From a virus, in the IMG/VR virus record IMGVR_UViG_3300042868_009121, positions 1-64,000 of that record: 64,000 nt of DNA, one strand, 5' to 3'. The notes under the pieces are model-generated. The model had not been told where the DNA came from. It was given only the letters and a program-made list of their open reading frames with translations, and did not search any database. Position numbers and translations under genes: made by a program. Positions 1 to 9,315 of this stretch are shown here, one piece after another. Numbering within the stretch: the first letter of the stretch is position 1; each line of letters starts with the position of its first letter.

Positions 1-115
1 GGATCCAGACTATTCTTTCTCTTATTCTTTTATACACAAATTGACACAAACTAACACTTTCTAACAATATTAATTTTTTATATCCGTTAGATCTTCTTAG
101 TCACACACTATGAAA

Positions 116-376
116 TTAGAATGTGAACCCGCTATCTATGTATCTTACTGTATTCTTAACAGCCGGTTGTGGGGTAGGTTCTATAGTTTCTTTTACAGTA
201 TTATTCTGTTCTATAGGTTTTATTTCTTCTTCTGTTATTACAGGTGTAGGTGTAGGAGTTGTTTCCTTTATATCCTTATCTGTATTATTCTTATCCTCTG
301 GTATTATATCTTTATCTATCACTGGATTATTATCTATGTCTATATCTTGGGCCAGTCGTTTCTTATTTGTTTCCAT
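116..376 (-). CDS. hypothetical acidic, Pro/Thr-rich low-complexity protein
   Basis: ORF starts 1 nt after the stop of 378..1409; TPTPTP/PTPQP tracts. Confidence 0.6.
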   Translation of the reverse strand: METNKKRLAQDIDIDNNPVIDKDIIPEDKNNTDKDIKETTPTPTPVITEEEIKPIEQNNTVKETIEPTPQPAVKNTVRYIDSGFTF

Positions 377-377
377 C

Positions 378-1409
378 TTATTTAATCTTTATGAGGATTG
401 GGTATTTAGGATGTTCTATTTCTTTAGCATTAGGAAGTCTGCCTATAATATATTTCATGTACAGCTTTGCTCTTGAGTTAGAGTCTAAGTCTCTTTCTTT
501 TCCACTTATAGGATTAGGAAGTTTTCTTTTAGCCGGATTAAATGTTATATACTTGATATATGAATTAATAGCTAGATCTTCTTTTACTATGGCTGAAAGG
601 GTATTCATTACTCTATACTGTTCTCCCTTATTTGTTACTACATTTTGGTTTGATCCTGCTCCAACATCGTCTTTGTCAAACACTCCAAAGTTTATATACA
701 ATACCATACCAAGATCATCATCAACTTCTTCTTCTAATTCAACCATATAATCAAGACCGCTATCGGTTTTAAAAGAATATACTCTACGATCTTCTCCGTC
801 TTCTACTGTGGTAAATCTATATGGCTTCATCTTTTCACTATCCAATCCAATCTCATTTACTTCTTTACCTTTAAAGTCTTGGTTAATGTAGTACTTAAAA
901 GAATGTCTAGAGGTTTGTAGATCCTTCTTAAAGGTTGGGAATAAGGTTTGTACGTAGTGGTCGTATACATTTGCTCTTTTAGGATCTGTTGGTGACCATG
1001 CCATTGCGTATATCTTATCCATACCTCCAACCTTGTTAACAGTATTCTTTACAGCTTGGACCACGGTAGCCAGAACTTTCAATACATCTCCAGCTCCAGT
1101 CTTTTGATCGTACTTATCTTCTTCATCAGGATCTTCATTACCAGGATCAGGAATAAAATCAGTCTTAGTACCTTGAGCAGTAACGTCTGCACCGAATGCC
1201 ACGTATAAAGTAATTCCAGGATCCTTTGGTTTTTTGGTAGATAGTACCGTTACTTCCATAGGATCTCCCTTTACATTGGTATAGGCGTACTTGTAATAAT
1301 CTCCGTATCCTAAATTCTTAGATGCTATCTTATCAAACTTGTAGGCATCTTCTGGCTTAGGCATATTTAACTCTAGAGTAAGGTCTTCGAGTAGTTGTCT
1401 TAATTTCAT
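378..1409 (-). CDS. probable virion/internal head protein with two tandem copies of one domain
   Basis: Internal duplication (TGAGDVLKVLATVVQAVK..KRANVY vs TNKGEQYRVMNTLSAIVK..SRAKLY); MKLRQLLE N-terminus; TATTTAT motif upstream. Confidence 0.55.
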   Translation of the reverse strand: MKLRQLLEDLTLELNMPKPEDAYKFDKIASKNLGYGDYYKYAYTNVKGDPMEVTVLSTKKPKDPGITLYVAFGADVTAQGTKTDFIPDPGNEDPDEEDKYDQKTGAGDVLKVLATVVQAVKNTVNKVGGMDKIYAMAWSPTDPKRANVYDHYVQTLFPTFKKDLQTSRHSFKYYINQDFKGKEVNEIGLDSEKMKPYRFTTVEDGEDRRVYSFKTDSGLDYMVELEEEVDDDLGMVLYINFGVFDKDDVGAGSNQNVVTNKGEQYRVMNTLSAIVKEDLAINSYIKYITFNPAKRKLPNPISGKERDLDSNSRAKLYMKYIIGRLPNAKEIEHPKYPILIKIK

Positions 1410-1433
1410 CCTGATCTTTTTATATAAATATCT

Positions 1434-1820
1434 TTATACCTTACTATCTAAATCTCTTATCATCCATTTGATCTTGCCTATCTCTTCTAGGATCAGATCT
1501 AACTTAGATTCTATACTTAGAGTCTTACGTTCTTTAATATCGGTAATAGCATAAGCAACTCCATCACCATATTCAATTTGATAGTTTACCTTCTTACCAT
1601 GGATAGGAAAGTCTGCCATTTGGTATTCATGGATCCAAGCTCTATGTTCATTTGGATGAAGTGGAATACCGTTAGACCATAATCCATTATCACAAACGGT
1701 ATACATAATCCATTTTCCATCGTCGTATGTTAAGAGTCCTGGATATACATCGTACAATCCATCTTTCTGACTTTCATTCATCATATCTATTAGAATTTGT
1801 TTTTGTTCTTCTTTGTTCAT
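1434..1820 (-). CDS. hypothetical protein
   Basis: ORF in tightly packed minus-strand run; start taken at MNKEEQ to avoid overlap. Confidence 0.6.
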   Translation of the reverse strand: MNKEEQKQILIDMMNESQKDGLYDVYPGLLTYDDGKWIMYTVCDNGLWSNGIPLHPNEHRAWIHEYQMADFPIHGKKVNYQIEYGDGVAYAITDIKERKTLSIESKLDLILEEIGKIKWMIRDLDSKV

Positions 1821-1821
1821 A

Positions 1822-2115
1822 TTAATTTTCAAAATATTTAAAATCATTTAAGCAAGCAAATAAACATTCTAACTCGTCTACATGGACATCAATTCTTTTA
1901 GTTTGATAACCATTATCAGTTTTGGTTTCAAAGGATATATCAAATCCCTCACCATTAGACCATTCAGTTACTTTACAAAACGTATCAACTAATCCCTGCA
2001 TCTGATATTCAACAGAACGTGACGTGCCAAACTTTTTGGGTAGATAGCCGTCAATTTCCTGAATGTCTTCGGTTGTTATCTTTAGCCATCTAGCTATTTT
2101 CTTTTTTATACTCAT
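1822..2115 (-). CDS. hypothetical protein
   Basis: ORF in packed run. Confidence 0.55.
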   Translation of the reverse strand: MSIKKKIARWLKITTEDIQEIDGYLPKKFGTSRSVEYQMQGLVDTFCKVTEWSNGEGFDISFETKTDNGYQTKRIDVHVDELECLFACLNDFKYFEN

Positions 2116-2276
2116 GTTATCTGTTTTTCATTCTTTCCATTTGTTCCATATATTCCTCGAACCAAAAGTCCTTGTCCTCATCCCAGTTACCTGTCAATTG
2201 AGGGTAGAACTCATAGAACATTCCACTCTTTAATAGAGTATTGTATGCTGTCTTTGCTTTGTCTAAATTTTCCATA

Positions 2277-2486
2277 TTATAAATTTTCTAATTCTTGTTT
2301 TACTTCTGTCCAAAATTCATATCCTCTATCTGCACCCATGTATCCTAATACTTCGACACAACATTCAATTGCCTGTCTCTTGGCAATACCTTTACGTTCT
2401 TTTACGTTTAGCTTATGCCCTGTCTCTGCCAATATGATTAGCTCAGACATTGAAATTAATTTTGTTGCTTTTTCTTTTGCTGTCAT
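2277..2486 (-). CDS. small phage protein, MTxKEKA...EVKQE family (paralog of 61359..61589 and 62393..62647)
   Basis: Shared N-terminal MT(A/P)KEKA and C-terminal EVKQE(L/I)E(N/K)L. Confidence 0.7.
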   Translation of the reverse strand: MTAKEKATKLISMSELIILAETGHKLNVKERKGIAKRQAIECCVEVLGYMGADRGYEFWTEVKQELENL

Positions 2487-2495
2487 AACTTTTAT

Positions 2496-2876
2496 TTAAT
2501 AGGATTGATAAGACTTCTCTTCCACTATATCTGAATTAGTCATTAGATTTATCTCCTTCTTGATCTTGGCTCTTGAGTCATTGCTAATATACACCGACCT
2601 TGCCAATTGGATAAACTTATCTCCAAAGTCTTTTTGTCTCTCACATTCTCTGATATCATCTTCTATATCCCAAAGTTCTTTATTCACTATTGCAAGATCA
2701 ATATATTTGTCATAGACTTTTTTATCTTTGCAAGTAATACTAATGAACATAGGGAGTAATTCATCTATCTCCTTCTGGATATTGTCTAGCTTGGAGTCAT
2801 CCTTAATATTGGATCTCTTAATGATTAAGATAGAGAACTTGTCTAGGATCTCTCCAGTTGATACTTCTATTTTCAT
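2496..2876 (-). CDS. DUF6165-like protein
   Basis: IEVSxGEILDKxSILxIK ... LWDIEDxIRxCE ... FIxLARSVYxxNDxRAxIKKEIN ... VEEKSY pattern. Confidence 0.7.
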   Translation of the reverse strand: MKIEVSTGEILDKFSILIIKRSNIKDDSKLDNIQKEIDELLPMFISITCKDKKVYDKYIDLAIVNKELWDIEDDIRECERQKDFGDKFIQLARSVYISNDSRAKIKKEINLMTNSDIVEEKSYQSY

Positions 2877-3079
2877 ATTACTTCCTCCTTTTCTACTTTC
2901 CAAGTATTTCCTTCTTTGTCTTCTGCAATCAGGTTAACTCGGTTGACTTTAGTTACTGTACCACTGTAGTACGTTGTCTCATAAGATCTTCCGTCGTGGA
3001 AATAAGTACTCCAACAAATAAGATCTCCTACCTTAAATTCTCTTACGGCTTTTTCAGCTTTTTTAATTAATGTTGCCAT
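2873..3079 (-). CDS. hypothetical protein
   Basis: ORF with 4-nt overlap to the next gene. Confidence 0.55.
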   Translation of the reverse strand: MATLIKKAEKAVREFKVGDLICWSTYFHDGRSYETTYYSGTVTKVNRVNLIAEDKEGNTWKVEKEEVI

Positions 3080-3090
3080 AACTTTATATT

Positions 3091-3315
3091 TTAATATTGA
3101 TAATGTTCTAAAAATTTACTTGGCTGTGTATCGCTATATAATTTCATTCCATCAATCCACTCTGTCTTACCATCTTTATATTTGATTCTTACCTGTTGGA
3201 TCAGTGGTTTATTAAGTACCCCTCTGATCTTAGAGATCTTCAGGCCTATTATCTCTACAGTATGGGTTTTACCTACCAATCCTTCAGGTGTTCCTGGCGT
3301 GTATTTGATTTTCAT
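3091..3315 (-). CDS. hypothetical protein
   Basis: ORF in packed run. Confidence 0.55.
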   Translation of the reverse strand: MKIKYTPGTPEGLVGKTHTVEIIGLKISKIRGVLNKPLIQQVRIKYKDGKTEWIDGMKLYSDTQPSKFLEHYQY

Positions 3316-3324
3316 ATTATAATT

Positions 3325-3540
3325 TTATTGTTTGAACGAAAATGATTCTTGCTCCCACTTTCCACTGATAGGACATAAAGTCTCAAGTGTATAGTCTCCA
3401 TTGTAAGCACGATTCTCACGGTGAGTCAACCATACTTTCTCGTCTCCTGAGTGTATAACTAACTCATCACCATCCCAAGCCTGTTCGATTGCTTCAAGTA
3501 CAATAAGATCTGAACGTCTGTAAATTCCTTCTCTGAACAT
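3325..3540 (-). CDS. hypothetical protein
   Basis: ORF in packed run. Confidence 0.55.
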   Translation of the reverse strand: MFREGIYRRSDLIVLEAIEQAWDGDELVIHSGDEKVWLTHRENRAYNGDYTLETLCPISGKWEQESFSFKQ

Positions 3541-3577
3541 ATATAATAATTTTGTTGGTTAATTAATTAGTTGGAAA

Positions 3578-3994
3578 TTAGGCGGCATTCATTACGAATG
3601 CTTTAGACGCCCAATTCTTAGCATTGACATACGCGTACTGTTTTTGAGAATACAGATTCGTGTCAATCCAATAAGAGTTGATAGTACCGACAGTAAGATC
3701 TTTAAGTATCTCCTCATCGATCACAACAATCTTCTTACCTTTTCTAGCGAATACATTAAGCCAGTGCTGTCCGCCTTCTGCCATAAATTGGATAGTTTGA
3801 AGTGAACCTTTTTTCCAGCTAGACAACAATTGAGCAGGTCCGTAATTATTAGCTATGTCATCGTTATATTTTGCTTCCGCAATACTCATGAACCCAGCTT
3901 GGCATTTGTAGACGATCCTGTAAGATCCTTTCTGTCCGTTGATAAAGTTGCAGGTTCCAAGTCCGAGGGTGTTGATAATCTTGTTCATATTCAT
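3578..3994 (-). CDS. hypothetical early protein, first gene behind promoter cassette 1
   Basis: Begins in conserved AATCAATAATGAATATG leader (MNM start). Confidence 0.65.
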   Translation of the reverse strand: MNMNKIINTLGLGTCNFINGQKGSYRIVYKCQAGFMSIAEAKYNDDIANNYGPAQLLSSWKKGSLQTIQFMAEGGQHWLNVFARKGKKIVVIDEEILKDLTVGTINSYWIDTNLYSQKQYAYVNAKNWASKAFVMNAA

Positions 3995-4144
3995 TATTGA
4001 TTTGTTACATAGTAAAATTAAGACATTCCAGTCAAATAAAAAAATCTTTTTAGTCTTTTTTTGAAAATTCTCGATTGAAAATCAATCAGTTATAAGTGGT
4101 TGAAAATCAATCAGTTATAAAGTATTGATAATCAACCAGTTATA
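3986..4144 (-). promoter_or_regulatory. repeated promoter cassette copy 1 with three IHF-consensus sites
   Basis: Near-identical to three other intergenic blocks; WATCAANNNNTTR at 4080, 4105, 4130; minus-strand CTTAATTTTACTATG resembles Bacteroidota -7 TAnnTTTG. Confidence 0.75.
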
Positions 4145-4173
4145 AAAAAGAGGCCCGGATAGATATCCAGGCC
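4144..4173 (-). terminator. intrinsic terminator
   Basis: GGCCTGGAT-ATCT-ATCCGGGCC stem followed by TCTTTTTT on the minus strand, after 4200..4445. Confidence 0.75.
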
Positions 4174-4199
4174 GAAATAATCAATAATGAGTGAGGTTA

Positions 4200-4445
4200 T
4201 TAAGCCTCCAAGCTAGAAAGCTTGTACACATTAGACTTACGTCCACGTGTCATGTCGTAAGCTTCATTAACGATACGATCGTTGAAGTACTTACCTGTTA
4301 GTACGTCTGCCACATGAGTGATAGAAAAACCGGTTGTCTCAGCAACTCTAGTTACATCTCCAAGACGGAGCTTTCTGTTTACACGACTAACTTTCTGAAT
4401 GTAGCTCAATTTAGTGTAAGAGCTCGGGCGATTTGAATTTTGCAT
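4200..4445 (-). CDS. small basic helix-turn-helix DNA-binding protein
   Basis: GDVTRVAETTGFSITHVADVLTGK fits an HTH pattern; own promoter-like motif (~4477) and terminator. Confidence 0.6.
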   Translation of the reverse strand: MQNSNRPSSYTKLSYIQKVSRVNRKLRLGDVTRVAETTGFSITHVADVLTGKYFNDRIVNEAYDMTRGRKSNVYKLSSLEA

Positions 4446-4535
4446 AACTGCTTTTTTGTTGTTTTTTAATATATATGTAAATTAAGACGTTTTTCTGTAT
4501 TATAAAAATCTATCTTTAGAGTAGATAAGTTTTTT

Positions 4536-4730
4536 TTAGAATTCATCTTCAAATAGATCATCTCCGAAGTCTTCAAACACCGGCTGATTCATCTCAGCAT
4601 TCACTAAGTCTAAAGTTTGTAGTGCAAACTCTTTACTAACCCAAGGACTACCGTCTACGTCTACAATATCTGCAATGTAGTACATTCCATCCATTTCTTT
4701 TAAGTCGCTCAATTTCATTTTGTAATTCAT
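4536..4730 (-). CDS. hypothetical acidic protein
   Basis: ORF preceded by AAAACAATAAAGGTTATG leader, also used at 5036. Confidence 0.55.
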   Translation of the reverse strand: MNYKMKLSDLKEMDGMYYIADIVDVDGSPWVSKEFALQTLDLVNAEMNQPVFEDFGDDLFEDEF

Positions 4731-4751
4731 AACCTTTATTGTTTTAATTTT

Positions 4752-5036
4752 TTAATCTACTAATTCTTTTACTTTAACTACCCAAGCAGTTATATCTTCG
4801 ACAAATTGCTTTGCTCTATCTACAGTTTTAGTGTAAGCAAAAAACTGACAATACTCAGAGTCGAAGGTAATATCTGAACAATCTATATGCTTGCGGATAT
4901 ACTCTTCAATATCGTAGGCACTTTCAAAATCTCTAAATTTATATGCCTTGGCTATATTGCCTGTAACTGTGTACTCTTCTTTGTCTTCATCTAACTTGTA
5001 AATAAGGAACCCGACTGGATAATTAATGTCTTGCAT
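4752..5036 (-). CDS. hypothetical protein
   Basis: Same leader as 4730. Confidence 0.6.
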   Translation of the reverse strand: MQDINYPVGFLIYKLDEDKEEYTVTGNIAKAYKFRDFESAYDIEEYIRKHIDCSDITFDSEYCQFFAYTKTVDRAKQFVEDITAWVVKVKELVD

Positions 5037-5139
5037 AACCTTTATTGTTTTAATTTATTTGTATTGCCATATTCTAGTTTATTTTTATTCCTATATTGGT
5101 AATATTAGTACTAATTTTGGAATAATTCTAAACTATTTG

Positions 5140-5216
5140 TAGTCAGGGCCGGACTCGAACCGGATAAGCAACTCATTAAGAGATTTGGGACCATCCCGCA
5201 TTACACCCACCTGACT
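5140..5216 (-). ncRNA. aberrant tRNA-like RNA (identity unclear; possible TAA anticodon)
   Basis: Acceptor AGTCAGG/CCTGACT, T arm CCGG-TTCGAGT-CCGG; D and anticodon arms non-canonical. Confidence 0.55.
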
Positions 5217-5222
5217 AGTTGT

Positions 5223-5426
5223 TTAATCCCAACAACCTGCCATGACTTCTAAATGGTGGTCGATAGCAATTTGAGTGGATCTGAAAGAGTCATAGTCATA
5301 CTTAAACTCTGGCCACCTACTATCATCATCCCATCCTTTAGGGAACATAGGTTCGTAATTAGGATTCTGTTGCATGTATTCTTCTTGGCTCATGCGGACC
5401 ATTTTTTCTAATTCATTCTTACACAT
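5223..5426 (-). CDS. hypothetical protein
   Basis: ORF in packed run. Confidence 0.5.
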   Translation of the reverse strand: MCKNELEKMVRMSQEEYMQQNPNYEPMFPKGWDDDSRWPEFKYDYDSFRSTQIAIDHHLEVMAGCWD

Positions 5427-5447
5427 ATTATAAAATTTTAATTGTTA

Positions 5448-5696
5448 CTAAAGATAATCTTGGATGTCGTATGAATGTTCTGTCTGATAGATCTTGACAA
5501 TACTATCTCCATGAAATTCAATACTCTTTTTTAGAGCTTCACGATTCTTGACAGGATAATCAAGTATCCCACCGTTAGGATGTCTTAATTCGACCCTTAC
5601 GCAATCGTAAGACTCAATGTATCCGGTAAATTCTGCATCAAACTGTTCTTGTTCTGTCTCAAAGCTAAACTTAAAATCTGCGATATTCATATTCAT
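5448..5696 (-). CDS. hypothetical protein
   Basis: Start reassigned to the MNMNIADF ATG, which carries the conserved AAATCAATAATGAATATG leader. Confidence 0.6.
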   Translation of the reverse strand: MNMNIADFKFSFETEQEQFDAEFTGYIESYDCVRVELRHPNGGILDYPVKNREALKKSIEFHGDSIVKIYQTEHSYDIQDYL

Positions 5697-5719
5697 TATT
5701 GATTTGTTGTTATTAAAGA

Positions 5720-5959
5720 TTATGCTTCTACATGCACACCAAAAATGTAAGATGTAACTTCGCATTCAAGGTTTAGCATTAAGTCGCCAGGTCCGATATG
5801 ACGTCTAACAAATGATTTGTCTATGTACAGACCATCTAGAGTGACAGTATCGTCATTCTTAAAAGATTCAAAATAATCCGCAGTCCTGTTCAAGCATCTG
5901 CTTCTGAGAGCGGCTGTCAATTGCGGGAGGTTCATTCTGTAGTTACTAAGCATATTCAT
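5720..5959 (-). CDS. hypothetical early protein behind promoter cassette 2
   Basis: MNM start in conserved leader. Confidence 0.6.
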   Translation of the reverse strand: MNMLSNYRMNLPQLTAALRSRCLNRTADYFESFKNDDTVTLDGLYIDKSFVRRHIGPGDLMLNLECEVTSYIFGVHVEA

Positions 5960-6110
5960 TATTGATTTGATACATAGTAAAATTAAGACATATTTTTGAT
6001 ATAAAAAAATTTATTTTAGTCTTTTTCAAAAATTGTCGATTGAAAATCAATAAGTTATAACTTGTTGATAATCAATTAGTTATGTAAGTGATTGAAAATC
6101 AATAACTTAT
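5951..6110 (-). promoter_or_regulatory. repeated promoter cassette copy 2
   Basis: WATCAANNNNTTR at 6045, 6070, 6097; shared CATAGTAAAATTAAGACAT core. Confidence 0.75.
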
Positions 6111-6114
6111 GCCA

Positions 6115-6309
6115 TTATTGGTTCAAAAGTATGATCATTTGGACACAAAAGACGCTCAGGACCACAGCCAGAATGACCACGATCATCACAGACGAGGCAT
6201 CTCTTTGTCCGTAGACATCTTTATAAACTCTTCTAACCATCCAATTAGCCGCATGTTGAATGCCTGCAAATAGAAATACAAGAGCGATTGTTGCAATAAG
6301 TGTTGCCAT
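6115..6309 (-). CDS. small two-TM membrane protein
   Basis: Two hydrophobic segments. Confidence 0.55.
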   Translation of the reverse strand: MATLIATIALVFLFAGIQHAANWMVRRVYKDVYGQRDASSVMIVVILAVVLSVFCVQMIILLNQ

Positions 6310-6310
6310 A

Positions 6311-6622
6311 TTATTTTATTTTATATTCAGTTTCTAAACAATTCCAAAGTGATTTTATATCGTAGCAAATAGGATTGTTATCTTTATCCCATGCACCAGG
6401 ATCTTTCTTACTATATTTGCTACCAAAATCACAGTCATAACAAAACCAACTAAACCAATCATAACCTTCTTGACCGTAGATTTCTTTAATTAGTATAGTA
6501 ATTACTGATTCATAAGGATCTGCAAACTCAACTAAATCTACATTAAGTCTGTACAGTTGATTAGTTACTTCACTTTGATTCTTTAATGTGCCTATAATTT
6601 TAGTAAGCGTTTCTAATTTCAT
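6311..6622 (-). CDS. hypothetical protein
   Basis: ORF; DWFSWFCYDCDFG motif. Confidence 0.6.
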   Translation of the reverse strand: MKLETLTKIIGTLKNQSEVTNQLYRLNVDLVEFADPYESVITILIKEIYGQEGYDWFSWFCYDCDFGSKYSKKDPGAWDKDNNPICYDIKSLWNCLETEYKIK

Positions 6623-6710
6623 AACTTAAAATTTACCCCATTGACTTTTCTTCTTAAGTTCTTCTGCTATTTTAAAACCTAAGAATATGTCCTTAAAAAA
6701 TTTTATTATT

Positions 6711-7265
6711 TTATTCTTCATTCTTTTTCTTTGTCCATTTAGAATTAGCTACTAGATCATCCCAATCTTTATAACCTTGTGACTTAGCATACTCATCATT
6801 CTTTTTTCTTTGATATGCTTTAATTACTTCAGGTTCTCTCATCTGATCACTATCAGTAAAACCAAGTGCTTTAGCGCATTCCTCTTCACACCATTCATGT
6901 GAACCTATCTTTATTTCAATTGGTAGATCTGTTTCTATTGATTCAATAAAGTCTTCAAACTGAGATGCTACTTCATGAGGTAGAGTATAGATTCCTTCGT
7001 CTACTTGATATCCTGAACCACTTTGTTTATCAAATATTTCAATCCTACCCATTCTGTATTTCTCACCAAACAAACTAAATATACCATAACCTACAGTTGA
7101 ATAATAATATCTACCAGTTCTTGCTACACCATTCACATCAATACAACTAGGATTCATTTCAATGTAATTAGCAAGGTGATCAGCAAACTCTTCAGGTGTT
7201 GAGTTAGGATAGTTGTACTTAACATTGTCTATATACCACTTAAGATCTTTCCTATTTACTTTCAT
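6711..7265 (-). CDS. hypothetical protein
   Basis: 184-aa ORF. Confidence 0.65.
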   Translation of the reverse strand: MKVNRKDLKWYIDNVKYNYPNSTPEEFADHLANYIEMNPSCIDVNGVARTGRYYYSTVGYGIFSLFGEKYRMGRIEIFDKQSGSGYQVDEGIYTLPHEVASQFEDFIESIETDLPIEIKIGSHEWCEEECAKALGFTDSDQMREPEVIKAYQRKKNDEYAKSQGYKDWDDLVANSKWTKKKNEE

Positions 7266-7282
7266 TTTATATTTATTTGTAT

Positions 7283-7531
7283 ATGCTAAATAAATTTATA
7301 TACTATTTTTTAAGGTATTGGGTATCTATATCTTTTCTTCTTCTTGCTTTTTATTTTTATGAACCAACTCCATCTATAATCCACTGTTCACCAGATTCTA
7401 TCTCACAAGAGATTGAAGTAAAAACATTTTTAGGTTTAAATGAAATGACTTTAATGTGGATTCTAATGGCTATAGCACATGGCGCTAACTCTTGTTATTG
7501 CGACATTAAATCCATACTAAAGAAAGTCTAA
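7283..7531 (+). CDS. two-TM membrane protein on the opposite strand
   Basis: Fills the gap between minus-strand genes; TATTTAT motif at 7270-7276 directly upstream. Confidence 0.55.
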   Translation: MLNKFIYYFLRYWVSISFLLLAFYFYEPTPSIIHCSPDSISQEIEVKTFLGLNEMTLMWILMAIAHGANSCYCDIKSILKKV

Positions 7532-7998
7532 TCACTTAATCTATGCGTCACAGTAATTATGTTTACTTGTGTTGCAGTATTTGATTCTTCAAAATCATAG
7601 TTCAAACAAATAGCTGATCTAATTACACTATTGATATCAACTACTCTTTCATCAAACATCTTCTCTGTAATTCTAGGAACTTCATCTTCAATACAACAAG
7701 CACCACCACAATCTTTATATCTAACCACTTTAGAAATAGTATAGATGTATCTAGTCTTTGCCTTTGCTATTGCCTTATATACTGTATCAATATGTTCAGG
7801 TAGATAATAGTCATAGCTATCCAAATAGCAAATGTATTTTAAACCTTCACCTAGTATAGATTGAATAGTCTGATCAATCGACTCAGGATTGGTTTCATAT
7901 ACTTTAAACTCCTTATTTGTTTGTTGTTCTAATGAAGCCAAACATTTATTTAAGAGCCTATCTTCTCCTTCATGTTTAATTAACAGTACTGCTATCAT
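7528..7998 (-). CDS. short/degenerate GT2-like glycosyltransferase domain
   Basis: LNKCLASLEQQTNKEF and KYICYLDSYDYYLPEHI resemble GT-A motifs. Confidence 0.5.
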   Translation of the reverse strand: MIAVLLIKHEGEDRLLNKCLASLEQQTNKEFKVYETNPESIDQTIQSILGEGLKYICYLDSYDYYLPEHIDTVYKAIAKAKTRYIYTISKVVRYKDCGGACCIEDEVPRITEKMFDERVVDINSVIRSAICLNYDFEESNTATQVNIITVTHRLSD

Positions 7999-8000
7999 AG

Positions 8001-8237
8001 TTATTTAATTTTAACTTCACCTTTAACCAACCAAATTATTGGAGCAGACAACAAAAACCATAATCTCCATAAAAAACCACCTCGAGTATGCAGCTCAAAC
8101 ACATGTTTTAATCTTCCATTTTCTACCTTAAACCAGTCTTTTTGTGAATTATTAATAGGTAATTTATATCCATTATCTACCGGTCCAGATGCAAATGGAT
8201 AAGGTGTACCGTCTTGCATTATATCTTGTTGTGTCAT
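8001..8237 (-). CDS. hypothetical protein with C-terminal hydrophobic segment
   Basis: ORF in packed run. Confidence 0.5.
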   Translation of the reverse strand: MTQQDIMQDGTPYPFASGPVDNGYKLPINNSQKDWFKVENGRLKHVFELHTRGGFLWRLWFLLSAPIIWLVKGEVKIK

Positions 8238-8240
8238 AGT

Positions 8241-8432
8241 TTATTTATTAGTAATTAATATATCTGCTATCTTATTTCTTTGGGATTCAATCTTTTCTTC
8301 TATATTATCTACTCTAGCATTTAAATAACCAATTATATATCCACTAATCCAAAAGTATTTATCATTCTCATCACAACCATCACATCCTTCCCAAGCGGAT
8401 TCTGCTAATTTTCTTATTTCTTTTGTTGTCAT
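8241..8432 (-). CDS. small WEGCxGC protein, paralog of 62118..62396
   Basis: MTxKEIxxLAExxWEGCxGCDxNDKxFWIxGxxxGYLNARVDN shared. Confidence 0.7.
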   Translation of the reverse strand: MTTKEIRKLAESAWEGCDGCDENDKYFWISGYIIGYLNARVDNIEEKIESQRNKIADILITNK

Positions 8433-8725
8433 AACTTATTATATTTACTATCACTTATTTTAAGTCCACAATACAAATCAAGGAACGCCATTTCACGAGA
8501 AGCTATTTTAGAATAATAACGTTTCTTCTTTTTAATGTGTTTAGTTCCCCATTCTCTCCACTCTTTATTCTGTTCTTCAGTCATAGTATATTGTTGGAAC
8601 CAATTATCAGTCCTACCTTCTACATCTTCAAACTTAAGATCATGGCCTGCTATCTCAAACATCTTATCAATAAGTTCTTTAAGAAGAGTTCTCTCTTTGT
8701 TTGCTTTTATTTCTTGTCTTGTCAT
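8429..8725 (-). CDS. hypothetical protein
   Basis: ORF from MTRQEI; TATATTTG promoter motif at 8766-8773. Confidence 0.55.
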   Translation of the reverse strand: MTRQEIKANKERTLLKELIDKMFEIAGHDLKFEDVEGRTDNWFQQYTMTEEQNKEWREWGTKHIKKKKRYYSKIASREMAFLDLYCGLKISDSKYNKL

Positions 8726-8798
8726 AGCAGCATATTTTCCTATTGAACACAATTTTTATATATACCAAATATACAACATTTCACGGACCAGAGAAATT

Positions 8799-9008
8799 CT
8801 AACTTTTTAGTGAGTCAATCTCTTCTTGTAACTCCAATAAATACTTTGGGTCTAAGTTTGTTTTTAGTATTGTACCTATTATGTACCTAGTAACTATCTT
8901 AGACCTTTCTAGTAATACATGGTCCGGTTCTTTACAACCTGGTTCACCGAATTTGTTTTCAATTATGAACCTAACTGCTTTGATGATCTCTGTTGCTTCT
9001 GTTTTCAT
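8799..9008 (-). CDS. hypothetical protein
   Basis: ORF in packed run. Confidence 0.5.
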   Translation of the reverse strand: MKTEATEIIKAVRFIIENKFGEPGCKEPDHVLLERSKIVTRYIIGTILKTNLDPKYLLELQEEIDSLKS

Positions 9009-9156
9009 TCTCTATTTCTTTTCTTAGTTTTTTAATTTCTAATCTTTCTTTTTGGTATTCATCGTTTTCGAACGGGCGGTGGCCTTGGATGATCGCTCTA
9101 GTTACTTTTAGTTCTAGTTCTAGAATTCTAGAGATTCTCGGATCATTATATTTCAT
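8971..9156 (-). CDS. hypothetical protein
   Basis: ORF in packed run. Confidence 0.5.
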   Translation of the reverse strand: MKYNDPRISRILELELKVTRAIIQGHRPFENDEYQKERLEIKKLRKEIENENRSNRDHQSS

Positions 9157-9315
9157 AGTCTGTTTATTATTTTATACCATAGCTTTCTTAATATGAGTCT
9201 TGTTATTTCCCATATTAATATTATGATTAGGACTTCTTGTAGTGTAGTTTCTGGCATATTTGTATTTATGGTATTTTTTAGGCCCTCTCGGAAAGTGCCC
9301 TACCCGCGGCCGCGC

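Noticed and set aside
4075-4144. 25-bp tandem units as a CRISPR array
   Set aside because: Units are contiguous with no unique spacers, only three per block, and no cas operon; they fit protein-binding sites
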